From Pelagomonas calceolata (taxonomy: Eukaryota): 64,000 nucleotides of DNA. The notes under the pieces are model-generated. The model saw nothing but the letters and a program-made list of their open reading frames with translations. It made no database searches and had not been told where the DNA came from. This document shows positions 22,051 through 31,239 of this stretch, piece by piece; within the stretch, counting starts at the first letter, position 1, and each line of letters starts with the position of its first letter. The stretch is taken from contig CAKKNE010000003.1 in NCBI GenBank assembly GCA_918797485.1, positions 186,001-250,000 of the forward strand, given 5' to 3'. The position numbers and the translations under genes are program-made.

Positions 22051-24966
22051 TTACTTAGCACTCTTGCGCTTCTTCTTCGTCTTTTTCACGGGGGCAGTAG
22101 TCGGTAGTGACGCCGCGAACTGCGCCGCCAGGCCCCGGACGGCCTGGGACGGGTGGCCGTCGGCAAGCGCCGTGGCCGCCGCCGCGAAATCCGAAGCGTC
22201 CGCGCCGGGCCGCGCCTTGGCGAGCGCTTTTGCCGTCTCGAGCAGCGCGCGCGCGCGGTCGGCTTTCCGGAAGCGCTCGTCGCGCGCGAGACTCGCGAGC
22301 GCGGTGAACGCCGCCGCCGCGTGTTTTTCACTTGCACGCCCCGCCAGGGCATCCAGGAGCGCCAGCGCTTCGCCGGCGAGGAAGGGCGACGGCGCTTCTG
22401 CGGCCCAGCCGGGCAGTTTATCGAGGAAGGCCGCCGCGGCGATGTTGGGCGCCTTGGACGCGCAGTCTTTGAGGATTTTCGTCGGCACTTTAGCCTTCTT
22501 CGAGCCAAAGGCCTCGGTCGCGGCGCCCTCGTACGCGTTGGCCGCGGTCGCGTGCGCCTGCACGTCGGTACCGCGCCGCAGCACCGCCGCGCACGCATTG
22601 AGGGCGGCCTGCGCCGCATCGGCGAACGGGCCGCGCTTTCTGGATCGCAGCTCCGTCAACAAAACCGTGGTCGTCGCCGCGGCCGCGGCCGCGTCGTCGG
22701 CTTTTGACGCGGCCTTTCCGATCCGCCCCCGCAATAATGCCCCTAAGCGATTTGCGAGGTCGGCGGCTTCCGGTGCCGAGTCCGTCTCGAGCTCCGCGGC
22801 GAGCGATGATAATGGAGCGAGCGCCCGCAGCGCTTCATCTTCACCAGAACACCGCTCGAGTAGATCCAAGGCTCTCAACCGAAGCTGCAATTCCGCGCGC
22901 CGCGCGTCCGTGCGGCCTGCTTTTCTATGAGCGTCCCGTTCCTTGCGCGCGTCCTCGCCGTCGACCTCCTCCAACAAAGCCATGACGTCGTCGCCCTTGA
23001 CCTCGATGTCGTCGCCGTCCTCCAGCGGCACGTCGTCGCCCAACTCCGAGAACCCCACGGAGTCGCGGCCCGCCATCATTTCCGAATCGGACACGTCGCT
23101 CTCGTCCATCATCGACTCCTCCTCGTCGTCCTCCTCCTCGCTCTCGTCCTCCTCGTCGTCGTCGTCCTCCTCCTCACCCGTCACCGCACATAAAATAACA
23201 CGGTAGGCCGCAGCGGAGGGCGGCGCCTGGGCGCAGCTCAAGCCCCAGGCTCGTTTCACGAGCTCGCGCGCGAGGCGCGACGCGCCGTGCGCGTGCGCGC
23301 AGCCTAATAATGCTACGGCCGCGCGCGCGATGAGTAAAGATTCGCTGTCCGTGGCGTCGCCCGCGCGCCGCAACTCAAGCGCCTGCTCGAGGTCATCCAA
23401 CACAGCCTTGGCCGTCGCCGGGCGCTCGACGCCCTGTGGCGCGGTGTCGTCCAGCAGGCACACCGCTAATAGAGCTAGGGACCGCAGCACGACCGTCATG
23501 GCGTCGTCTTCATCAGAACCCGCGGGCGCGCTCCCCTCCAATCGCGGCGCGCGGCGTTCTAACCCCGTGCCGTCCAACTCTTGAACAATATCACAAAACG
23601 CCTCGAGCGGCGCGAGCGCCGCACCGCCGGCCTCGAGCGGCGCCGCCTTCAGGCGGTCGGCGAGCGCAGCATAGATTATGGACGCCGCGTTCCGTCGCGC
23701 ATCGTCGTCTGCCTCGCACTTCACTGTTGAGACCTCGTGGCCCTGGATAGGTGCCTCGCCGAAGAACGCGACGCGCGCCGCGCACGCGAGTAAAGCTTCA
23801 AAAGCCGCCGCGCCGCGCGGGCCCCGGGCCAGCGCCGCGAGCGCTGTCAGAGCGCTCGCGTCGCCCGCGGCCGCCGTCGCCGCGCGCTCCTTGACGTGCT
23901 TTGCGAAGTCCGCGTCGTCGCAGGCCTCGACGAGCGCCACGACGGCCTTGCCGCCGGCGCCCGATGAGGCGTGCGCGCCGCCGCGCGCCAATAGTAGAGT
24001 AGCGACCTCGAGCGGTTTGTCAGAAGCCGCACCTACGACGCGCTTGAGCGCCCGGCCGGCGACGGGCCCGAGCGCCGCGTCGCCGCGGGCCGCGGCACTC
24101 AATAATGAGGGAGCGACGGCGTCCGTCAGCACGATGGACGGGGAGACGCCCCTTTCCAGCGCCTGGGCCGCAACCAATAAAGCGGCGCCCCGCCGTTCCA
24201 CGGACGACGACTTCGCCAATTCGTCGACCACCGAAGCGACGCGCGCGTAGTCGTCCTCAATCAACAACTCCCAGGCCACGTGTAGGCGGGGAAAGAGCTG
24301 CGCCGCCGCGGCGCCCAGACACGTTAAATCTGTGTCCTCGACGGGCCGCTTCGCTGATAAAGCTAAGGCTAACAAATCGGCGTCCAGGCCGCTCGCGAGT
24401 AGTGCGTCCAGCCTTTGGTTTATATCTTTGTCGTCGTCGACGCGACGAATCAGCCCCGCGAAGACGCGCGCCGCGAGCTCCCGCAGCCACTTTCTTTTGA
24501 GGAGATCCAGAGCACGACCGCAGAAATACAAGGCCGTCGCCGCATCACAAGACCCGCTCCGACTGAGGCACTCCGCCGCTAGTAATTCCCCAAGATCCTG
24601 GGCGTTGGCGTCGCGCTTGTCCTGGCGCGACGAGCCGCCGCGCACGTACAAGGTTTGGCAGCCCTCCTTTACAGCATCGGCGGTGACGGCCTCGGACCGC
24701 AGCAATTGCGCGAGCGCGCACGCGCATCCCGCGCGCGCGCCGTCGCGCGGCGACGCGAGGCCGCCGAGGAGCCGCTTCAGCGCGTAGGGCGCCTTGGACG
24801 CGTCCTGTTGCAAGGCGTCGTCTAATGCTGCCGCGGCGGCGGTCCTCGCCTTCTTCGAGGCCGACGCGAGCTGCCAGAAGAGGTCTAGGAAAGCGCTGTC
24901 TAGTTTTTGCCGCTTTGGTTTTGTGGCGTCGGTGCTGGCTTTGCGCTTTTTTTTGTCTTGTGCCAT
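22051..24966 (-). CDS. MYBBP1A / Pol5 (DNA polymerase phi)-like nucleolar protein
   Basis: FLDLFWQLAS...YALKRLLGGLASPRDGARAG N-terminal motif, central acidic tract, basic termini. Confidence 0.75.
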   Translation of the reverse strand: MAQDKKKRKASTDATKPKRQKLDSAFLDLFWQLASASKKARTAAAAALDDALQQDASKAPYALKRLLGGLASPRDGARAGCACALAQLLRSEAVTADAVKEGCQTLYVRGGSSRQDKRDANAQDLGELLAAECLSRSGSCDAATALYFCGRALDLLKRKWLRELAARVFAGLIRRVDDDKDINQRLDALLASGLDADLLALALSAKRPVEDTDLTCLGAAAAQLFPRLHVAWELLIEDDYARVASVVDELAKSSSVERRGAALLVAAQALERGVSPSIVLTDAVAPSLLSAAARGDAALGPVAGRALKRVVGAASDKPLEVATLLLARGGAHASSGAGGKAVVALVEACDDADFAKHVKERAATAAAGDASALTALAALARGPRGAAAFEALLACAARVAFFGEAPIQGHEVSTVKCEADDDARRNAASIIYAALADRLKAAPLEAGGAALAPLEAFCDIVQELDGTGLERRAPRLEGSAPAGSDEDDAMTVVLRSLALLAVCLLDDTAPQGVERPATAKAVLDDLEQALELRRAGDATDSESLLIARAAVALLGCAHAHGASRLARELVKRAWGLSCAQAPPSAAAYRVILCAVTGEEEDDDDEEDESEEEDDEEESMMDESDVSDSEMMAGRDSVGFSELGDDVPLEDGDDIEVKGDDVMALLEEVDGEDARKERDAHRKAGRTDARRAELQLRLRALDLLERCSGEDEALRALAPLSSLAAELETDSAPEAADLANRLGALLRGRIGKAASKADDAAAAAATTTVLLTELRSRKRGPFADAAQAALNACAAVLRRGTDVQAHATAANAYEGAATEAFGSKKAKVPTKILKDCASKAPNIAAAAFLDKLPGWAAEAPSPFLAGEALALLDALAGRASEKHAAAAFTALASLARDERFRKADRARALLETAKALAKARPGADASDFAAAATALADGHPSQAVRGLAAQFAASLPTTAPVKKTKKKRKSAK

Positions 24967-25239
24967 TTTGTTGTCAGCTAGCAGCAGCACTGCGTAGCTA
25001 TCGTTTGCAGCTCACGGGCAACCTTTTCTTGCTTCCTATTGATACCGCTATCTGCCCTTAACGTGCTCGCAGCGCCGCGAGCTCGACGCCTCATCGCCAA
25101 GACTAGCGTAAACACACTAGGAAAACAAAAAAACGATCAGATTCTGCCAGTTTTGGGCGCTGGCTGGGCTGCCTGAGCGCAGATAGATTGAAAGATCACA
25201 GAATTGAATGATTGGGCAGCCTCGACGGGCAGCACATCG

Positions 25240-26016
25240 ATGGCCGACTTTTACAACTTCCCCCGGGGCCCTGGTACCCAGAGGCCCGTCCTCGCGCGCG
25301 GCATGCTAATTAGGCTGCGGAGAGAAAATAACCACTTGAATGGCTGCCACTGTTGCGTGCTTGGAGACCCGCGGACCACTGACAGGGGCGAAGGCTTCGT
25401 GCCTGTGGCCGTCGCGCCCACGCAACCGACCGTGCCTTTGATGCAGTTTTACGTCGGGCCCGGGGATTACACCATGTGCGATGGACCGCCGGAGGCGCTG
25501 GCTAGTCTCTGGATGAATCTCGCGCTCGTCTACAAATCATCCACGATCAAGAACCGTTATGCCGAGGCGGCGGGCGCGTACGAGGAAGCACTCAAGTTTG
25601 TGCCTGGCATGCCGGCCGTACTGGACAACTATATCAAGCTATGCATGGTATGGGCAGCCGAGGGAGGCGACGGTCAGAAGCTGATGGATATCGCGAGGGC
25701 TTTGATGCAAGATCTTTTCCAGCCGATTTCGTCGCGGCCCGAGTTTCGCGGCCTCGACGCCTCGGCGGGCTACGACGTCGTACCCGGGTATGACCAGCGG
25801 ATGGTGCACTTCGGCGTTGTGGCGTCCGTCGACGGCGCGCCGGCGCGCACGAGGTTCTCGCGCCTGTGGGTCTTCGACCCGGACCGCGACGACCTGGTCG
25901 AGATCGACGCCGCGGCTATGGGCGCCGAAGCTCAGGAGGCGGTCCGACGAGGACCGGGCACGCTAGTCGCGACGGACTCCGCAGGGGCGCGCGTGAACTT
26001 GCCAGCCCAGACCTGA
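25240..26016 (+). CDS. Hypothetical protein with a single TPR-like segment
   Basis: Open ORF; LWMNLALVYK..YAEAAGAYEEALK. Confidence 0.55.
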   Translation: MADFYNFPRGPGTQRPVLARGMLIRLRRENNHLNGCHCCVLGDPRTTDRGEGFVPVAVAPTQPTVPLMQFYVGPGDYTMCDGPPEALASLWMNLALVYKSSTIKNRYAEAAGAYEEALKFVPGMPAVLDNYIKLCMVWAAEGGDGQKLMDIARALMQDLFQPISSRPEFRGLDASAGYDVVPGYDQRMVHFGVVASVDGAPARTRFSRLWVFDPDRDDLVEIDAAAMGAEAQEAVRRGPGTLVATDSAGARVNLPAQT

Positions 26017-26138
26017 CGAGGAGGCGCCCAGTGACCGGGCGCCGCGGTCGCGGCCGTCGCGGATCGTGCGCCGCGCAGTAATGTGAACTACGAACTTATA
26101 TACCTACTAGGCTAGGTACTATATACTCGCGCGCGCCG

Positions 26139-27158
26139 TCACTGCCCCAGCTCCTGGAGCAATCCCTTCGCTTCCTCCCAGTCCGTCTTCTCCAACCAGA
26201 AGCGCGCGCGAACGGGGTCCTTCGACAAGCCGTACAGGCCCTTGGCGAACGCTTTACCGAGCAAGAGCTGACCGACATCGGAGCCGAGGTGCGCCGCCTC
26301 GGTCACATTTACGAGACCTAGCGCGTGGTCCTTGTGACAATCAATGCCATACAGGAGAAAGCAACCAAAATAAGCCAGACCTTTGGGGTGTCGGGCCGCC
26401 GCACTTTTCTCGTACCACACGCGGGCTTTCTCCGTATCCCTCTCGAGGCCGTGTTCTGCTTTATCGTACGCATACCCGAGGTCGAACATAGCTTCCACGT
26501 CGCCCGCCTCCGCCTTCGCGTGCAGTTCCTTCACAATCTTCTCGTCCTCGAGCTTCTGCCGCCACGCAGTGGCCAGCTCGCCATCGATGGCGCCGGACTT
26601 CACGAGCGCCTCGATCGCGTTCCGCGCCTGGGTGGCCGGGAGCAAATTCGTGCCCATGGCAGTGTTGGTGCTTGGGCTAATCGGGTCGCCATCTTCACCG
26701 TTTTTCTCGAACCACGCGAGGATGGCCTTTCGGTCGTAGATCCTGCCGTCTTCGGCGGTCACGGGCTCCGTCGGCAATTCGTGCGTGATCGGACATACGA
26801 ACTCCTTCGCGACCGAGTTGATAGTTTCTTCGAGACCGCTCTCCTTCGAGGGGCTCGCGTCAACTGTCTGACAGTAACGGTCAAAAACTATCTCGGGAGG
26901 CGAGCCGGGCGCCGCACAATCGGACTTGTGCCGGGGCCAGTGCGCGCGTTGGCAGTCCCTGCTGCAGTACAACACCTGGCGACACTGACCGCACTTCTGG
27001 AGCGTCACCCGATTTTCGACCGGGCCGACCGCGACCTCAACTTTGTGGCAGATCGCGCACGCGGGCTCCGCGGCCTGCTCCTCCATCACTAATTCCGGCT
27101 CGCTTCCGCCGGTCGTGCCGTTCGCATTCGCCGCCAAATTTAATTGTTGTGGAGGCAT
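26139..27158 (-). CDS. MYND zinc finger + U-box + Sel1-repeat protein
   Basis: CAIC..CGQCRQVLYCSRDCQRAHWPRHKSDC; FVCPITHELPTEPVTAEDGRIYDRKAI; AMFDLGYAY..WYEKSA Sel1 repeats. Confidence 0.9.
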   Translation of the reverse strand: MPPQQLNLAANANGTTGGSEPELVMEEQAAEPACAICHKVEVAVGPVENRVTLQKCGQCRQVLYCSRDCQRAHWPRHKSDCAAPGSPPEIVFDRYCQTVDASPSKESGLEETINSVAKEFVCPITHELPTEPVTAEDGRIYDRKAILAWFEKNGEDGDPISPSTNTAMGTNLLPATQARNAIEALVKSGAIDGELATAWRQKLEDEKIVKELHAKAEAGDVEAMFDLGYAYDKAEHGLERDTEKARVWYEKSAAARHPKGLAYFGCFLLYGIDCHKDHALGLVNVTEAAHLGSDVGQLLLGKAFAKGLYGLSKDPVRARFWLEKTDWEEAKGLLQELGQ

Positions 27159-27449
27159 TTATTTTTGTCCTGTCTCAATTTGTCCAGAGCTCTTGAGCTT
27201 GAGTCCTTAGTCTCGGCGCCCGCGACTGTGTGTGATTTTTGTGATTTTTGAGCGTCGCGTCGGCTTGCGAGGCTCGGTAGGCGCGGCCTATATATTTCTC
27301 ATAGCGTAGAGGTAAAAACGCGTGATAACTTATCTCATGAGAATATACGTACATACTTGAGCGAGCCTCCACGCCATCGACGCGGCCTTCTTGGACACGA
27401 TTCTGAACTACGAACTTATAATATATACTACTTGCGAGACCGGGCCCAA

Positions 27450-28586
27450 CTACTTCTTGAAATTCGCCATCGACCAGATCACGAGCGCCGCGCCCGCGCA
27501 GAAGGACGCAGGCGGAACGGTAGAAGAGTACACGGCCGACGCGAGGGCCGTCATGACGATGGACGTCGGCTTGGCGTAGAGGTAGACGAGGTTGCCCGCG
27601 TACTTCAGCGTCGCGGGGATGAGGATGCCGTTGAGCGACTTGAGCGCGACGACGAGCCAGACCGCCGGCGTCAGCCCTTCGAAAGAGCCAAACAACGCCC
27701 GCCCGAAGTTCGGCAGCGACGCGAACGGGTCGACGGCACCACTCAAACCCGCGCGCACGGCAGAGGCCGCAGTCCAGAGCTGCGACAGCGCGATCCACGA
27801 GAAGATCCAGACGGTGACCTGCACGTTGCGCGCCCACTCGTCCTCGCCCGGCGTCTTCAGCAGCTTCTCGTACCAGACGTTCGGGACCGCTGAGAGCAAG
27901 GCCCCGAGCACGGCGAAGCCGCCCCCCAGCAGTGCCTCGGCGCCGCCCTTGCCCGCGCCGGCGCCGGCCATCTCCGAGAGCTGCACGAGCGTCGAGCCGC
28001 CCAGCAGACAGACCAACGCGGCGATGTCGCGCTTCCTCAATTTTTCCTTGAGCATCGTCACGGCCAGGATCGCCGTGAAGATCATCTTGGACTGGCTCAG
28101 GACCTGGTACGACGCCGCCGATATGCGTCCCAAAGCCGCAAAGTACAGCACGTTCTGCGCCGCGTAGGCGCCGGCGATCCAGGCGATCTTGAAGGGCGTG
28201 TCGCTGTAGGCCCGCTTCACCGTCGGCCAGAGCCGCGACGGCCCGCCCGCAAACGCGCAGATCGCGGCCACCAACACCGGGAACTTGGCGACCTCGCTCA
28301 GCATGGAGACCGTGGCTCCGCTGTAGGCGCCCTGCCGCCGCGTGTAGTCCGTGACGACGTCTGCTAAAACTTTCTGCGACACGAGCGCGCCGAAGAGCAG
28401 GGGCGTTCTATTGGAAATGAACCAGGACTTGAAGCCGCCCCTTGGGACTTCTTCGACCGCGGCGGCCTCGTCGGCAGCTTTCAGGGCGCGCGCGGCGGCG
28501 CGGCCCTGGACGAGCTTCGTCGGCGACGCGAGCCGCGTCGCCGACCACGCCTGCGTCGTGGCGAGGAAGAGGAGGAGGGCGCGCAT
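27450..28586 (-). CDS. Nucleotide-sugar transporter (SLC35A-like) with N-terminal signal
   Basis: SEVAK, YAAQNVL, YQVLSQSKMIFTA, YEKLLK and LKYAGN motifs; multiple TM helices. Confidence 0.85.
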   Translation of the reverse strand: MRALLLFLATTQAWSATRLASPTKLVQGRAAARALKAADEAAAVEEVPRGGFKSWFISNRTPLLFGALVSQKVLADVVTDYTRRQGAYSGATVSMLSEVAKFPVLVAAICAFAGGPSRLWPTVKRAYSDTPFKIAWIAGAYAAQNVLYFAALGRISAASYQVLSQSKMIFTAILAVTMLKEKLRKRDIAALVCLLGGSTLVQLSEMAGAGAGKGGAEALLGGGFAVLGALLSAVPNVWYEKLLKTPGEDEWARNVQVTVWIFSWIALSQLWTAASAVRAGLSGAVDPFASLPNFGRALFGSFEGLTPAVWLVVALKSLNGILIPATLKYAGNLVYLYAKPTSIVMTALASAVYSSTVPPASFCAGAALVIWSMANFKK

Positions 28587-29314
28587 TGTTTTTTTCACTT
28601 GTTTGCTTGCAACGGTGCTCTTTTGCTGCAGAAATGCAGTGCTTGTTGCGCGTGCGGTGTTTTGAAGGTAGGTGCGTTTTTGGTGAAAGCAAGCCAAACA
28701 CGTGCGTTTCACTGTCTTTTTGCGTGCGAGCTCGCAGTGCTGACTCGTTCGCTTGCAGGACGTCTTGCAAATGCAATATGCTGCTATTTAGCCTGCTCTA
28801 TGCCCGGGTTCAGGCACGACCGCGACCGTGCGACAAAACTAGAGCCCCTGTGACTCTAGCTCACCGTGCGAAAGACGCGTCGCGTTAGCTACCGTCCACT
28901 CATCGCACTGACTACGACCCTTGGTGTAGTAGTACCGGGACCTCCCTGGCTGGCAAGGCACACTTGGCTGCACACTGGCTGTCATTGAATGCCACTGCGC
29001 CACGAGGCCGCTGATTGCGCAGGACTCGGCATTTTACAAAGCACCACTGCGACTTGCAAAATCCAGGTGTTTTGTCGGCGCAACGCATCTCTAAGCCCCA
29101 CTGGAGAGTACTGCTAAACACTGAGCACAGCAGCAGCACGCCGCCGACGCGTCCCGGCGAGCGCACGAATCTCCGTTAAGCAGTAGCAACGGAGAAGCGC
29201 CGGAGGACGCGCCGCGGGAAGCGGCGGCTGCGCCAGCTCGTCGCGTGCCTCGCCGTCGTCGCCTGCGCCGTGCCCTACTACCTGCTTGATAGTACGCACG
29301 TCCGACTCCCAGCC

Positions 29315-30315
29315 ATGGCCGAGGCACCAGCAACGACCTGCGCCTGCACGCGGATACATATCGGAGAGGCCTCGCGGCCGCCGGACGTCAATGCTTTACG
29401 AGCGTTCGTCGACCGCGTCGCGCCGCATGTGGATAGAGTGGCTATTGCTGTTGGTGCGCCGGGCATTGGGGACGCGGCCGAGCGCCTGCGGCAACTTTCG
29501 GACCTCGTCGCGCGCTGTCAAGCGGCGACGCGGGACGCTGAGACGATCGTGGACGTCATCCCCGTGGACCCCTGGGGCGCCTTCACGCCGGCGCTCAACG
29601 CCCTGGCGGCCCACGCGTCGAAACAAGGTTGTGGTCTTGCGCTCTTCGCGTCCGTCGAGACCACGTTTTCTTCGGAGACCGTCGCGGCGCTCCGGGAGCA
29701 ACTTGTGACGCACGACGCGCTCGTGGTCGGCGCGGCGCTGCCGGGCCACGACTTTCAGGCGGGGCGGCGGCCGCTGGGCGGGCGCACGGTGCCGTGGAAC
29801 ACGCTCGCTTTGTCTTTGTCTGTGTGGAAATCAAATTTCGGGCGCCCCCACGCCATCGTCGCCATGTTGTCTCCGTAGCTGTGTCTGCTCGATGGCGTGT
29901 AGTTCCACGCCATCGACGTGACGTTGTCGTAACAGCCTTGGCTCGATGGCGTGGAGGTTCAACAAGGTCCACGCAATATTTCTATAACCTAACTCACTGC
30001 TCGATGGCATACAGGTGGAGGCTGGACCGGCTCTGCCTCGTGGGCTTTCCGCTCGTCGCGGACGGCGTGCACGCCGGCGTCGCCGCGGGCGTCGAGGAGG
30101 TCGCCACGATACGAGCGGCGCACGCCCTCGATCCGAGTAGAGCGACGGCCGTATTACTGGCGGCGCCGGGCGTGGAGTGGGCGACGAGTTTTGATGATCC
30201 GGCGCGCGCCGACTGGCACGCGAGGAAGATGTCAAGCAAAGAAGCGCGGCCCGCGGTTCATTTAGAACTGATGGGCGGTACGAAGGGCGCGACGGTGCTC
30301 CACGTCTCTGCTTAA
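29315..30315 (+). CDS. Conserved hypothetical protein (possibly GT-A-like); introner-derived intron 29812-30014
   Basis: Splicing GT(29812)..CAG(30014) joins PWNTLAL|WRLDRLCLVGFP, linking ORFs 29270-29878 and 29629-30315. Confidence 0.75.
29820..30014 (+). mobile_element. Decayed introner of the same TIR family
   Basis: Left TIR CTGTGTGGAAATCAA (29820-29834) is identical to 1369-1383 and also starts 8 nt after the GT. The right end is degenerate (...CATACAG). Confidence 0.8.
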
Positions 30316-30403
30316 TACGAATGTGTTTTTAGTACAGGGGCGGGGTACAAGGTGTGGTCGGCGGCTTGTGGCCAAGCGGCTGAGGACCTAGAGTTTCTTT
30401 CGC

Positions 30404-30854
30404 ATCTACCGCGCCGTCGACGTGAGGCGCCGCTGGAGCTGCGCGTGCTTGCTCGTCCGCTTCTGGAGGTGCGTCGCGCCGGACCACGCGCTCTGCTTGG
30501 TGTCGGTCTTGAGCGCGTACTCCTTGCAGGCGTCCTGTGTGGTCGTGGCGTCTGTTGGGCCGCTCTGGCGGCGTTTGGGCGTGTCTCGGAGCGAAAACTC
30601 TCGGAGAGCCTCGGGCGCTCTCGCGGCGTCACGTTTGGTTTCTTCTTCGTCGGGCGTCTACGGCCGGCGCCGCAGCGCGAGCGGCCTTTTGGCAGCCCTG
30701 GTGTGTGTTCAGAACCCCCGCGGCGACTAGCGGCCGCGTCACGACGCCGTGTTCTTGGTGGCTGGGGACTCCGAGATCTCGCAGGCAGCGCCTTAGGCTC
30801 CAGGACCTGAGCCAATCGTTTGCATTCCGCTTCAGAGATGGATTGGTTCGGCAT
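30404..30854 (-). CDS. Possible small spliced hypothetical gene
   Basis: ATG 30854 (MPNQSISEAECKRLAQVLEPK) and a biased-codon last exon (DATTTQDACKEYALKTDTK...STAR-stop) after a CAACAG acceptor. The exon structure is unresolved. Confidence 0.3.
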
Positions 30855-31239
30855 CTTAGCCAGGCGCGTCCCGAACAGCGGCTCGCGGATCTACTGGCGT
30901 CAAATCACGCTCTGAGGTCTGTTTTTGGGGCCGAGCGAAATGATAACCGAGACAGCTCGAGAGGTCTCTGTGGGGTCCCGGAGTCAATCCAAGCAACAGC
31001 TCCGCGCCGCGCACCTCAAAAAATCGAATGGACCTAGCGTCGTATAGGTGCTAGCAAGCAGCCAATTTGGCCGCGGCAGCGCGTGCGGCTCAAAACGCTG
31101 GTTATTTTAGGCGTGTGACATAGCCAACCAGTTATTCTTTTGACCGCAACAACGGAGAGCAGCTGGTCACACGTTGCTTCCGCGGCTGCAGCCTTTGCAT
31201 AAGCACACCCAACCGCATAACAAATAAAGCACTAATAAA

